Below, piece after piece: positions 1 through 9,575 of a stretch of 64,000 nt of DNA; within the stretch, counting starts at the first letter, position 1; each line of letters starts with the position of its first letter. Location: assembly GCA_016213895.1 (NCBI GenBank), contig JACQZJ010000009.1:10246-74245 (forward strand), read 5' to 3'. The notes under the pieces were generated by a model. It worked only from the letters and a program-made list of their open reading frames with translations, ran no database searches and was not told where the DNA came from. The position numbers were made by a program, and so were the translations under genes. The stretch comes from Planctomycetota bacterium (lineage in GTDB: Bacteria > Planctomycetota > B15-G4 > JADJEK01).

Positions 1-831
1 GAGCAGCTCGCCGCCCCCGAGGACGCGGCGCGCCTGCGCGAGCTGGGGGACCTGCTCTCAGCTGGATTCGCCGCGATCCGCTCCGGCCTGGACGCGCTCG
101 AGGTGGACGACCTCTACCGCGGCGGGCGCGTGCGCATTCCCCTCGACCCGGCCCTCGCTCCTCGCGCCAACGTCGAAGCCTACTACCGGCGCGCCCGGCG
201 GCTCGAGCGCGCCCAGACCGTGGCGCGCGCGCGCCTGCGTCAGGCCCGCGAGCGGCTCACCCTGCTCGAGAGCCTCGCCGCCCAGCTCGAGCAGGCGCGC
301 GCCGCGGGCAGCCTGCCGCAGGCGCTCGCTGGCGCGTTGGCGCGCGCCGGCCTCCTCTCGCCGCGATCCGAGCAGAAAGCGCCGGCAGGACAGGCGCAGG
401 GCGCGCGCGCGCCGCTCCCCGGGATCAGGCGCTTCCGGCTGGGGAGCGGCCTCGAGGTCCTGGTCGGCAAGAGCAACGCCGACAACGACCGGCTGACGCT
501 CAGCATCGCGCGCGGCAACGACCTCTGGCTGCACGTGCACGGAGGAGCGGGCTCGCACGTGGTCATCCGCCTGCCGCGCGGGCGCACCGCCTCGCTCGAG
601 GACCTGCTGGACGCGGCCGCCCTGGCCGTGCACTTCTCCAAGCGCAGGGGCGCCGCCGGCGCGGAGGTGATCTACACGCAGCGCAAGCACGTCCGCAAGG
701 AACGCGGCGCCAAGCCGGGGGCCGTGAGCGTCGCACGCAGCAAGACGCTGTTCGTGACGGGCGCCGCCGAGCGCGCGCGCCGGCTCGTGGCGGCCCAGGA
801 TGACGCGACGCCCCCCGGATCGTTACCATGA
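1..831 (+). CDS. NFACT-family protein (RqcH / fibronectin-binding protein A-like), C-terminal part; 5' end lies outside the window
   Basis: Frame 1 is open from base 1 to TGA 829-831. The C-terminal block GLEVLVGKSNADNDRLT..DLWLHVHGGAGSHVVIR..AALAVHFSK is the NFACT-R/DUF814-type module. Confidence 0.7.
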   Translation, partial: EQLAAPEDAARLRELGDLLSAGFAAIRSGLDALEVDDLYRGGRVRIPLDPALAPRANVEAYYRRARRLERAQTVARARLRQARERLTLLESLAAQLEQARAAGSLPQALAGALARAGLLSPRSEQKAPAGQAQGARAPLPGIRRFRLGSGLEVLVGKSNADNDRLTLSIARGNDLWLHVHGGAGSHVVIRLPRGRTASLEDLLDAAALAVHFSKRRGAAGAEVIYTQRKHVRKERGAKPGAVSVARSKTLFVTGAAERARRLVAAQDDATPPGSLP

Positions 832-887
832 GGGTGCCGCGTTCTATGGCACGGGAACGCGCCGGCCCGCGGCGAGAGAGGATGGAC

Positions 888-1895
888 ATGCGCATCACTG
901 GACTTCGGACCCCCGCCGCCGCGCTGCTCCTGGCGCTGGCCGCGTGCACCAGCCCGGTCGGCGAGGTCGAGTCGGGGCGCCTCGTCACGTTCAAGCAGAA
1001 CAGCAAGCGGTTCTACGATGCCGGGCTGTTCCGGCGCGCCGAGGACCAGTGCCGCAAGGGGCTGCTCATTGTTCCGGACGACCTCTCCCTCAACCAGGTG
1101 CTCGGCTTCTCGCTGCTCCGCCAGGGCGGGGCGGCCCAGGTCCACGAGGCGTCCCAGGTCTTCCAGAAGTGCGTCGACATCGAGAGCGACTTCGACTTCC
1201 GTTCCCGGCTCGGCCTGGGCGAGGCGCAGTACCAGCTCGGCCTGCTCTGGAGCAACCAAATCGGCGCGATCGAGGCCGACGAGAAGCTGACGCGCGAGGA
1301 GCGCGAGGAGAGGCTGGCGCAGGCCCGCGAGCAGATGGACGCGTGCTACGCGCAGTCGGAGAGCGCGCTGCTCGCTGTCCTCGCCTCGCCGCGCGGGCGC
1401 GACGACGTGCAGGCGCGCTCCACCCTGGCGCGGCTCTACGCCGTGCTCAAGCGCTACGAGGAGGCCGCCGAGGTGGCCCGGGCGATGATCGCGACCTTGT
1501 CCAACAGCATTCGCCTGCGCTCGGAGAACATGAGCCTGGAGACCCTGCCGGAGGAACGCCGCGAGCTGTACGAGGAGATGCTCGCGCGCCTCGGCGAGCG
1601 CCGCATCGAGGGCCTGAAGCTCCTCGCCACCATCGCCGACAAGCTCAAGCGCTACGAGGAGGTCACCTCCGTCTACGCGCAGATCGAGGCGCTCGCGGCC
1701 ATGGAGCCCGCCGACTACTACAACCGCGCGCGCGCCTACGAGGCCCTCAGGTCGCGCGAGGCGGCGATCCAGGACTACGAGACCTTCGTCCATCAGGCCG
1801 CGAGCCGCGGCGCCTACTTCGTGGACGCCGTGGCCGACGCCATGCGGCGCAAGGCGGACCTCGCGGGCGGCGGCGAGTTCCGGGGCGAACTCTGA
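888..1895 (+). CDS. TPR-repeat lipoprotein
   Basis: MRITGLRTPAAALLLALAAC|TSP is a signal peptide with lipobox. GAGAGG lies 6 nt upstream of ATG 888. In-frame ATG 828, overlapping the upstream stop as ATGA, is an alternative start. The rest is helical TPR-like repeats. Confidence 0.6.
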   Translation: MRITGLRTPAAALLLALAACTSPVGEVESGRLVTFKQNSKRFYDAGLFRRAEDQCRKGLLIVPDDLSLNQVLGFSLLRQGGAAQVHEASQVFQKCVDIESDFDFRSRLGLGEAQYQLGLLWSNQIGAIEADEKLTREEREERLAQAREQMDACYAQSESALLAVLASPRGRDDVQARSTLARLYAVLKRYEEAAEVARAMIATLSNSIRLRSENMSLETLPEERRELYEEMLARLGERRIEGLKLLATIADKLKRYEEVTSVYAQIEALAAMEPADYYNRARAYEALRSREAAIQDYETFVHQAASRGAYFVDAVADAMRRKADLAGGGEFRGEL

Positions 1896-1921
1896 GGGCA
1901 GCGTGACAAGAAAGCGCCCGC

Positions 1922-2347
1922 ATGTGCGCACGCGCCCGCGCTGACGGCGGCGCGCCGGCCGGAGCGCAGAGCGGCCCGAGCGGCGCGCGCCTGCCGCGCC
2001 TCCTGCGCTTGCGCGGCGGCGCGCGCTTCGACGCGGCCTTCGGCGGCGCGCGTGCTTCCTCGGCTGCGCTCCTGGTCGTGGGAGTGAGGAACGGCCTCGG
2101 GTTCTCCCGCCTCGGCATCTCCACCGGCCGGCGCTTCGGCCCGGCCCATCGCCGCAACCGCGCGCGGCGCCTGCTGCGCGAGGCGTTCCGCCTGGACCGC
2201 CCCCTCCTGCCCGCGGGGTTCGACTTCGTCGCCGTGCCGCGCTCCCCGGCCTTCCCGGACCGCCTCGACCAAGTGCGCCCGCTGCTCCTGCGCCTGGCGA
2301 CCGCGGCCGCGCGCAAGCCCGGCGCGCGTCCGGCGAGCGAGCCTTGA
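1922..2347 (+). CDS. rnpA: Ribonuclease P protein component
   Basis: [31 protein letters not shown] matches the conserved RnpA basic core (RNRxKRxxRE-type). yidD follows 4 nt downstream, as is usual. The true start may be downstream of ATG 1922. Confidence 0.75.
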   Translation: MCARARADGGAPAGAQSGPSGARLPRLLRLRGGARFDAAFGGARASSAALLVVGVRNGLGFSRLGISTGRRFGPAHRRNRARRLLREAFRLDRPLLPAGFDFVAVPRSPAFPDRLDQVRPLLLRLATAAARKPGARPASEP

Positions 2348-2351
2348 CCCC

Positions 2352-2567
2352 ATGGACCCGGTCAAGCCCCTGATCGCCCTGATTCGCGGCTACCAGCGCT
2401 TCATCTCGCCGTTTCGCGCACCGTCCTGCAAGTTCACGCCGACCTGCTCCCAGTACATGATCGAGGCGATCAGGAAGCGCGGCGTCATCGCCGGGACGGC
2501 CAAGGGGGTATGGCGCATCCTGCGCTGCCACCCCTTCTCGCGCGGCGGCTACGATCCGGTCGACTGA
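2352..2567 (+). CDS. yidD: Membrane protein insertion efficiency factor YidD
   Basis: 71 aa. [45 protein letters not shown] is the hallmark YidD sequence. Confidence 0.9.
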   Translation: MDPVKPLIALIRGYQRFISPFRAPSCKFTPTCSQYMIEAIRKRGVIAGTAKGVWRILRCHPFSRGGYDPVD

Positions 2568-2576
2568 AGGCGCCCC

Positions 2577-4664
2577 CTACCCCCCGGGCTCCCGCGGTTC
2601 CTGCGCCGGCGCCTCCTGCTCCACGACCTTCAGGCGCAGCTTCTGCCTCAGGGCCGGATACTCGAACTCCGGGTTGCCCCTCTGCCCGCGATAGCGCATG
2701 CGCAGCATCATGTTCGGGTCGCTCTCGCTCAAGCAGGTCCACTGGGCCTCCTGGCGGTCGTAGAGGCGCATCTCCCCCACGCCCGGGAAGCGGCGCTCGA
2801 CCACCAGGGCGACGATGCTGCACTTGTCCGCTGAGTCGCGCAGCGGTCCGAGGACGCCGTTCACCGGCACCTCGAAGAGCGGCGCGTGCCCCTTGAGGAA
2901 CTTCTCGGGCGACTGCTCCTCGTCCCGGTAGAACTCGGTCTGCAGGTACGACTTGCGGAAGAAGTCGATGGTGCGAGGCGCGAGACCCTGCTCCTTGGCA
3001 ACGGCGGCGAAGCATTCGCCCTCGTACGGCCGCGCCAGGTCCTCGATGCGCGTGCGCACGCCCTCCAGCTCCGCGGCCACGATCTTCTCGCGCTCCGCCT
3101 CGTCGCTGACGCCCTCCTTGTCGATGCGCTCCTGCGCGAAGGCACGCGCCTGTTCCTCGAGCTTCGCGATCTCGTCCGCGACCGGCTGGCGCGCGGCCGT
3201 GCGGATCGCGTCGCAGAGCTTCTGCGCCTTCTCCTCGGCCTGCTTCTGCGCGGTCTCCTCCAGCCAGGCGGCGGGCAGCTCCGCCCGCACCTCCTCGAAC
3301 GACTTGAGCTGCGCCGCCGTCTTGCCCTTCAGCCTGAGCAGGAAGCCCCAGGGCAGATCCGCGGTCGGGTAGCCGCTGCGCGCCTGGTCCAGGCCGAGGA
3401 AGGGCACGGCGCGCACGAGCTCCTCGCTGCCGATGCGCTCGAGCTTGGCGATCTCCTGCGCTTCCTTGGCCGCGCCGAAGTCGACCAGCTCCAGGCCGTA
3501 CTTCCCCGCGATCGCGGCGAGCAGATCCGCCGGCGGCTCCCCGCCCGCGGCCTCCTCCTCGGCGCCGGCCGCCGGCGCCGCGGTCTCGTCCGGGCTCTCG
3601 GCCGCTCCCTCGCCTTGCGGCGGAGCCGGCGCTTCAGCCTTCCTCCTGTCGAGCCCGCTCCGGTACTCGGCCGCCGCCTGATCGATCACTCGCCGCACGA
3701 GGATCTCGCGTTCGATGACGTCCCGCACCTCCGCCAGCGGCCGCGTGCGCGGCTTCTCGGCCTCTTCCTCGCCCGCGTTCGCCGCCTCCTCCGCGCCGCC
3801 GTCCTCTCCTCCCTCCGCCGCCGCTCCCTCCGGCGCCGGCTCCGCGGCCTGCGCCGGGAAGCGCTCGGCGTTCTCGTCCAGGAAGGCCTGGAGCTCCTCG
3901 TCGCTGACCTGGCGCTTGCCCTCGTCCAGGACCTCGCGCAGCTTCGCCGCGTCGGCGCCTTCCACGCCCAGCAGGGCCGCGTCCAGGGTGTACTTCTCGG
4001 GCGAGCTGAACTTGTTCCCCCTGGCGACCCGGTTCATGTCCTTGTCGTAGAACTCCCTGAGCTGCTCCTCGCTCAGGCTGTCCTGGTCCAGGAGCGCGGC
4101 CTCGGCGGCGTCGCTGAACTCCACGTAATCGACCTTGAACTGCTCGTGCGCCTTCTGGAAGTGGCTCACGATCCTCTCGGAGAGCAGGCGCGGCGCCTCG
4201 TCCACGAGCGCCTTGTACATCTCCTGGCGCGTCGTCTGCCGCACGTACTCCTCGAGGTCGCGCGGCTCCATCTGCGCGTTCCGCAGCCACTGCCGGTACT
4301 GGTCATCCGACTTGAACGGGAAGGTCTGGCGCATCGCCTCCGCGAGCAGATCGTCTCCGGCCACGATGCCGGCCTCGTCCGCCAGGGCGTCGAGCATGAG
4401 GAACTCCCAGACGCGCTCGTCCTTGACCCTGCTCGACTCCAGACGCGCGAGCTGGCGCGCGAGGCGCCCGTACTCCTCCGCCCTGACCATGACGGTGCGG
4501 CCGCCGGGCGTCTCGAACGAGCCCACCACGACCTCGTCGGACTCGTCGGACAGGCCCTGGAGCATGGCGCCGGTCACCGTGAACGTCACCATCACGAAGA
4601 CGGTGACCAGGATGTACATCCAGCGCGTGAACTGCTTGTTCTTGCGGAACCAGCGAAAGACCAT
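2577..4664 (-). CDS. Membrane-anchored PpiD/SurA-N-like periplasmic chaperone
   Basis: ATG 4664. Basic N-terminus plus TM helix WMYILVTVFVMVTFTVTG, a long helical SurA_N-like region and an Ala/Glu-rich linker. I saw no clear catalytic parvulin motif by eye. Confidence 0.55.
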   Translation of the reverse strand: MVFRWFRKNKQFTRWMYILVTVFVMVTFTVTGAMLQGLSDESDEVVVGSFETPGGRTVMVRAEEYGRLARQLARLESSRVKDERVWEFLMLDALADEAGIVAGDDLLAEAMRQTFPFKSDDQYRQWLRNAQMEPRDLEEYVRQTTRQEMYKALVDEAPRLLSERIVSHFQKAHEQFKVDYVEFSDAAEAALLDQDSLSEEQLREFYDKDMNRVARGNKFSSPEKYTLDAALLGVEGADAAKLREVLDEGKRQVSDEELQAFLDENAERFPAQAAEPAPEGAAAEGGEDGGAEEAANAGEEEAEKPRTRPLAEVRDVIEREILVRRVIDQAAAEYRSGLDRRKAEAPAPPQGEGAAESPDETAAPAAGAEEEAAGGEPPADLLAAIAGKYGLELVDFGAAKEAQEIAKLERIGSEELVRAVPFLGLDQARSGYPTADLPWGFLLRLKGKTAAQLKSFEEVRAELPAAWLEETAQKQAEEKAQKLCDAIRTAARQPVADEIAKLEEQARAFAQERIDKEGVSDEAEREKIVAAELEGVRTRIEDLARPYEGECFAAVAKEQGLAPRTIDFFRKSYLQTEFYRDEEQSPEKFLKGHAPLFEVPVNGVLGPLRDSADKCSIVALVVERRFPGVGEMRLYDRQEAQWTCLSESDPNMMLRMRYRGQRGNPEFEYPALRQKLRLKVVEQEAPAQEPREPGG

Positions 4665-4674
4665 TGTTGCCTCG

Positions 4675-5328
4675 TCAGGGCGCCTTCAGCTCCTCGACGC
4701 GCGGCAGGTCCTTGACGGACGCCAGGCCGAAATGGTCGAGGAACCTCTTGGTTGTGCCGTAAAGAAGGGGGCGGCCCGGCTGATCGGACCTGCCGACCAC
4801 CCGGATCAACTTGCGATCGATCAGACTGCGCAGGACCGGGCCGCACTGCACGCCGCGGATGGCGTCGATCTCGGCCCGCACCAGGGGTTGGCGGTAGGCG
4901 ACGATCGCCAGGGTCTCGAGCGCGGCGGCCGAGAGCTTCTCCGGCGCGCGCACCCTCTCCAGCCGGCTCACGTGCTCCTGGAACTCCGGCCGGCTGTAGA
5001 GGCGATAGCCTCCCGCGATCTCGTGGATGTCGAATGCCCGCAGCGTGGCCGCGTAGTGCGCGCGCAGGCGCTCGATCGCGCACTGCACGCGCCGCGGCGA
5101 GACTCCGCCCGCCGCCTCGGCGAGGCGCGCGGCGCTGAGCGCGTCGGCCGTGGAGAAGAGCAGCGCCTCGACGACGCGGTCGAGCTCGCCATCCGCCAGC
5201 GCGGCGCTCGCCTCCGCGGCCGCCGCGCCGCAGGCGAAAGAGCCCTCCGCCGCGCCGCAGGCGGAAGAGTCCTCCGCCGCGCCCTCGCCGGGCGGGATGG
5301 GCGGTTCGTTTTCCGGAGCTTCCTTCAT
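4675..5328 (-). CDS. scpB: Segregation and condensation protein B
   Basis: LDRVVEALLF..GGYRLYSRPEF..LSAAALETLAIVAYRQPLVRAEIDAIRGV..VLRSLIDRKLIRVVGR.DQPGRPLLYGTTKRFLDHFGL is a full ScpB winged-helix signature. The first ~45 aa are a low-complexity extension. Confidence 0.85.
   Translation of the reverse strand: MKEAPENEPPIPPGEGAAEDSSACGAAEGSFACGAAAAEASAALADGELDRVVEALLFSTADALSAARLAEAAGGVSPRRVQCAIERLRAHYAATLRAFDIHEIAGGYRLYSRPEFQEHVSRLERVRAPEKLSAAALETLAIVAYRQPLVRAEIDAIRGVQCGPVLRSLIDRKLIRVVGRSDQPGRPLLYGTTKRFLDHFGLASVKDLPRVEELKAP
5221..5285. repeat. 27-bp tandem repeat (~2.4 copies), in-frame within scpB
   Basis: cgccgcgccgcaggcgaaagagccctc / cgccgcgccgcaggcggaagagtcctc / cgccgcgccctcgcc. It encodes the duplicated ..AAEDSSACGAAEGSFACGAA.. 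segment. Confidence 0.7.
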
Positions 5329-5414
5329 GCACCACGCAATGCAAAGGCTTTCGAGGCGGCCAGCCGCGGCCCCGTCTCACAAACCAGAGACCTTATCAGC
5401 GCCGGGCGCGGCCT

Positions 5415-6395
5415 TCAAGCGCGGCCCATGCGCACCTCGATGCGGTAGCGCTCCCGCGCGCGCCGATCCCACTCCGTCAGCTCGAAGGGATCGATCACGC
5501 GCGTCTCGAGCTCCTGCTCGATGTCCGCGGCCTGCTCGCTGTACGGCCTGGCGTCGGCCGGAAGCTCCTTCTCCAGGCGCAGGATCCGGAACAGCTCTCC
5601 GCTCTTGCCCGGAATGGAGGAAAGCTCGGCCCGCTCTCCCGGCTTCAGGCTTGCCGCCCCTTGTAGCAGGGGGTGCGGGCAGTCGCGCGCCACCGGCGGC
5701 AAAAGCCCCCCCTGCGCGGCGCTGCGGTCGATGGACTGGGCCCGCGCCAGGGCGGCGAAGTTCGCTCCCTCGTCGAGCTTGCCGGCGATCTCGCACGCCG
5801 CGTCCATCCCCTCGACCACGATCACCCGCACCTGGATGCGCTCCTCGAGCCGCGCCTGGTAGCGGATCACGCGCGCCAGGAACAACTCCTCCATCACCTG
5901 ATCTCGCACCGCCGCCCGATACGCCGCCGACGTGGTGCCGTAGCGCTCCAGGATGTACTGCTCGAAGTCGCGCCCCGGACCCGCGGCCAGCTCGAACTCG
6001 TCGCTCTGCGCCTTGAGCACCGCGGCCACGCTCTTCTCCACCTGGTCGGCCCCGATGCGCACGCAAAGGCGCCGCGCCTCCTTGATCATCAGCCGCCGCC
6101 GCACCGCCTGCTCGAGCGCGGCGTACACCAGCTCGGTGTGCGTCAGGAAGAGGAGCGGCAGCACCTCGGCCGCGCGGATCTCCTCGCCGTCGGCGATCGC
6201 CAGCACGCTGCCGCCCGCGGCTCCCTGCGCGGCGCAGGTCAGGTCGTCCACGGCGAGCAGCTCGACCGGCGCGCCGCGGGCGGCGCCCGCGGGAGCGGCC
6301 GCGCCCGCCTCCTGGCCAGACGCGCCCGAAGGAAGGCCATCCCCGGCCGCCAGGCCCGCGGCCAGCGCGCCCAGGAGGAGCCAGCGCCTCCCCAT
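5415..6395 (-). CDS. Secreted SurA/PrsA-like parvulin-type peptidyl-prolyl isomerase
   Basis: ATG 6395 shares one base with the upstream TGA (TGATG). Signal peptide MGRRWLLLGALAAGLAAG. VRVIVVEGMDAACEIAGKLDEGANFAALARAQSIDRSAAQGGLL..LKPGERAELSSIP..GELFRILRLEK aligns to the PpiC/parvulin pattern. Confidence 0.6.
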   Translation of the reverse strand: MGRRWLLLGALAAGLAAGDGLPSGASGQEAGAAAPAGAARGAPVELLAVDDLTCAAQGAAGGSVLAIADGEEIRAAEVLPLLFLTHTELVYAALEQAVRRRLMIKEARRLCVRIGADQVEKSVAAVLKAQSDEFELAAGPGRDFEQYILERYGTTSAAYRAAVRDQVMEELFLARVIRYQARLEERIQVRVIVVEGMDAACEIAGKLDEGANFAALARAQSIDRSAAQGGLLPPVARDCPHPLLQGAASLKPGERAELSSIPGKSGELFRILRLEKELPADARPYSEQAADIEQELETRVIDPFELTEWDRRARERYRIEVRMGRA

Positions 6396-7909
6396 CACTT
6401 GAAGACCACGATGCGGTCGAAGGTGAGCGTCTTGCACCGCGGGCAGGGCACGTCCCCCTCTTCCCCCTCCTGGTTGGGGTCGTTCCGGGCGAAGAACTCC
6501 TGGATCCCCTTGCCGTAGCACGTCGAGCAGTCGCGAATGCGCCGCGCCACCACGTTCACCTTGCCCGAGTTCTCGGCGAAGAACGCCAGCAGGAAGGCGG
6601 TCCGGTCCTTGGGCAGGGCGGTGGTCCACCATTCCTCGGGAGAGGGCGGCACGTCCACGATGTCCCCGACCTGCTTCACCTCCTCCTTCTTCTTGGCCTG
6701 CTGGTCCCGCTTCTCCTTGAGCCGCTGCTGGATCCTGCCCTGCAGGTCGACCGGGTCGTCCTCCTTCTTCTCCTCGCCCTTGGCCTCCTCTTCCTTGCCG
6801 CTGCCCTTCTCCAGGTTCTCCTTGGCCTTCTCGCCCAGGATGAAGGTGCCGCCGCCGTAGGAGGACTCGCGCGGCGAGGCGGCGATGCCGCGGCTCTCCC
6901 ACAGCTCGTCCACTTTCTCGGGAGTGATGCCGTAGAGGGCCGCCAGCTTCTCCTGTACGTCCAGGTAGGCCTGGTCCTTCGCCCAGGTCATCGCCTCCCC
7001 GAGGATGACCTCGCGGTCCAGGCCCTTCTCCTCGGCCAGGCGCCGCAGGATGGAGAAGAAATCGGTGCGGATCGCTTCCTGGTGAGCGCGCTGCTGCGCC
7101 TGCGCGATCTGGGCCTTCTCCTTCTGCACGTCCGCGAGCTGCAGCGAGTCCGGCCACTTCTCCTCGAACTCCTCGGCCAGCGCCAGGGCCTCGGCCAACG
7201 CCCCGCGGTACTTCAGGGAACGGACCCGCGCCAAGACGTCGGTCTGCTCCGTTTCGCGCTCCTTGACGTCCAGGTTGAGGAGCTTCTGCTCCAGGACGCT
7301 GCGCCGCGGGAAGTTGGGATCCAGCTCGAGTACGGTGGCGAAGCAGGTGCGCGCCTGCTCCCACAAGGTCAAGGTCTCGGCGATGAGCCCGAGGTTGTAC
7401 CAATCGACCGGCCGCTCCAGGTCCGCCTCGCGCTTCTTGTGTTCGAAGACCTGCGCCGGGTTCTCCACGGTGAGCGCGTCGACCTGGACCGTCTTGATCG
7501 ACAGGATCGACTCCTGCGGCACGCGCACGACGTTGTCCTTCTTGCGCAGCAGCAGGAAGCCCTCCTCCCGGCCCGCGTCCAGCCCGAGCAGGCTGCCCGT
7601 CGCCGTCCTCACCTCGAGCGCCTGCATCTGGATGGGCGGGAGCTCGTCCCCCTCGTAGCCGTACATGCGCTTGATCTTGACCACGTCCTCGTCGCGGATC
7701 TGGTCCCAGCGCAGGCGCAGCACGCCGCCGTTGTCGTCGCGGCGCAGCGTGACGCCGCGCGACTCGTCGAACCCGTCCGCCGGGATCACGCCCGAGACCT
7801 CCGCGCCCGTGGTCAGGCGCAGGATCACCGGCCGTTCCTCGCGGGCGAGCGCGCCGCCCGGCGCCAGGCCGAGCAGCAGCGCCCCCGCCAGCAGCATGCG
7901 CTTCATCAT
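6395..7909 (-). CDS. Secreted hypothetical protein with C-terminal CxxCxGxG / CxxC zinc-ribbon-like motif
   Basis: ATG 7909 is preceded by GGAGGTGGAG. Signal peptide MMKRMLLAGALLLGLAPGGALA. Lys/Glu-rich linker. The C-terminus carries CSTCYGKG...CPRCK. GTG 7933, overlapping the upstream stop, is an alternative start. Confidence 0.6.
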   Translation of the reverse strand: MMKRMLLAGALLLGLAPGGALAREERPVILRLTTGAEVSGVIPADGFDESRGVTLRRDDNGGVLRLRWDQIRDEDVVKIKRMYGYEGDELPPIQMQALEVRTATGSLLGLDAGREEGFLLLRKKDNVVRVPQESILSIKTVQVDALTVENPAQVFEHKKREADLERPVDWYNLGLIAETLTLWEQARTCFATVLELDPNFPRRSVLEQKLLNLDVKERETEQTDVLARVRSLKYRGALAEALALAEEFEEKWPDSLQLADVQKEKAQIAQAQQRAHQEAIRTDFFSILRRLAEEKGLDREVILGEAMTWAKDQAYLDVQEKLAALYGITPEKVDELWESRGIAASPRESSYGGGTFILGEKAKENLEKGSGKEEEAKGEEKKEDDPVDLQGRIQQRLKEKRDQQAKKKEEVKQVGDIVDVPPSPEEWWTTALPKDRTAFLLAFFAENSGKVNVVARRIRDCSTCYGKGIQEFFARNDPNQEGEEGDVPCPRCKTLTFDRIVVFK

Positions 7910-7929
7910 CGTTCGCTCCACCTCCGGCT

Positions 7930-8436
7930 TCACCCGCCGGTCTCCTCGGTCGTCTCCGGCTCCGGGCGCGGCGCAGGCCCGCCCGCGCGCGCCCGCCGGA
8001 TGAGCGCCTGCGGGTCCGCGCGCGGCCGCACGAACAACAGGAAGCTCTCGCCCTTCTTCCTGCCGGCGTCCACAGTGTACACGCGCACCGTGGCGAGCAC
8101 GCCCCCTTCCGTGCCGGTCTCGGGATCGCTCTCCATCTTCTCGATCGCGTAGAAGTAGCCCGGGTACTCCTCGATCGGCACCTCCCGCACCGGCGCCAGC
8201 TCCTCGCCCGGCCCGGCCGCCGCGCCCTCAGCGAGCAGGCGCTCCACGCGCTCCTGCACCAAGCCGCTCAGGTTCGCGACCATCGCGCGCTGCGTCGCCC
8301 CGCGATGCAGGGCCAGACCGCCGGCGAAGAGCGCCAGCACGCCGACGATCCCGGTGAGGAAGATCAAGAGCGCGGCCATCACCTCGAGCAGGGTGAAGCC
8401 GCCGGCGCGGCCGCGCGGCGTCATGCATCCTCTCAT
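7930..8436 (-). CDS. Prepilin-type minor pseudopilin, GspI-like (second set)
   Basis: ATGA overlap with the upstream stop. RAGGFTLLEVMAALLIFLTGIVGV is a prepilin cleavage/N-methylation motif plus hydrophobic helix. 168 aa. Confidence 0.75.
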   Translation of the reverse strand: MRGCMTPRGRAGGFTLLEVMAALLIFLTGIVGVLALFAGGLALHRGATQRAMVANLSGLVQERVERLLAEGAAAGPGEELAPVREVPIEEYPGYFYAIEKMESDPETGTEGGVLATVRVYTVDAGRKKGESFLLFVRPRADPQALIRRARAGGPAPRPEPETTEETGG

Positions 8437-9575
8437 GGGTCGTTCCAGTCCTCGCGAAACACTGGAAGCTCCACGACCCGCTGGAAGGTCTGCCCGAAGC
8501 GCAGGCGCGCTCCCGCGGCGTGCGCCCGGCGGCCCGTGTTGCGCGCGCCGCGCAGCACGCGCACATCTCCCTCCGCGGCCTGGCTCCATTCCATCCACTC
8601 TCCCTCGACCTTGAGGAAGGGGTGCGGCGGCCGCGCACCCGCGAAGGGCTTGAACGTATCCGGGCGCAGGGTGTTCGAGGTCGAGGTCATGGCCGCCGCG
8701 AGCCGCACCGTGGCCGCCTCGTCCTCGTCCCGCTCCAGCACCAGGGTGACGCGCACTCTCCGCGGGAACACGTCGTCGGAGCCGTCCTCCAGCGAGGCGG
8801 CGCCCTTCCCGAGCAGGAAGCGGTTGAACCCCTCCACGTCGAGCAGGAGCGCCCGGGTCGAGTCCCAGACCGTGAGCCGGCCGCCGGCGCTGTCGGGCGC
8901 GTCCTTCCAGGAGAGGGTGTCGCGCGACCAGAACTCGAACCCGAGGTAGAGCACGTTGTCCGCGAGCGGCACGGCCGCGCCGCACAGCCGCCGCGGATCG
9001 TCGAACAGGCGTCCCTGAAAAAGCGATCCCTCGCCGCCGATGGGCGCGCGGAAGAGGCGGTAGAGCGTGAGCGGAGCCGGGTCGCGTCCGACCTGCGGCA
9101 GGGCGAGGGTGGCGTAGGCGATCTCCGCCAGGCCGCCCGGGGCGAGCTCGGCTTGACCGCCGCCCTGCTCGGTGTCGCTGACCGCGGCCGTGCCTCCGGG
9201 GTGGTCGCCAGCCAGGCGCACCCGGCTGTCGAAGCGCTCCTCCGGACAGGAGCGCACGAAACGCAGCCGCTGCAGCACGCTCTCCTCGGCCTGGTCCAGG
9301 TCGAGATCGTAGAAGCCGTGATCGGCGATCAGCCTGACCGGCGCCTCGCCCGCCCCGGGCGCGGAATCGGCGCGCAGCATGCGCAGGTCGGCCGCGATGA
9401 ACTCCAGCAGGGACGAGGCGCGCTCCAGCGCCTCGCGCCCGCCCTCGCCCATGCGCCACACGTCGAGGGCGCCCTTGATCATCTGCGAGAGCATGCCCAC
9501 GAGGATCCCGAAGATCGCGATCGCCGTCACCAGCTCGATGAGCGTGAAGCCCTGAGTCAGCCGCGGGCGGCGCAT
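8433..9575 (-). CDS. Prepilin-type minor pseudopilin, GspJ-like (second set), 380 aa
   Basis: ATG 9575 shares a base with the upstream TGA. RLTQGFTLIELVTAIAIFGILVGML is a prepilin motif. Size and position next to the K-like gene suggest a J-type protein. Confidence 0.7.
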   Translation of the reverse strand: MRRPRLTQGFTLIELVTAIAIFGILVGMLSQMIKGALDVWRMGEGGREALERASSLLEFIAADLRMLRADSAPGAGEAPVRLIADHGFYDLDLDQAEESVLQRLRFVRSCPEERFDSRVRLAGDHPGGTAAVSDTEQGGGQAELAPGGLAEIAYATLALPQVGRDPAPLTLYRLFRAPIGGEGSLFQGRLFDDPRRLCGAAVPLADNVLYLGFEFWSRDTLSWKDAPDSAGGRLTVWDSTRALLLDVEGFNRFLLGKGAASLEDGSDDVFPRRVRVTLVLERDEDEAATVRLAAAMTSTSNTLRPDTFKPFAGARPPHPFLKVEGEWMEWSQAAEGDVRVLRGARNTGRRAHAAGARLRFGQTFQRVVELPVFREDWNDP

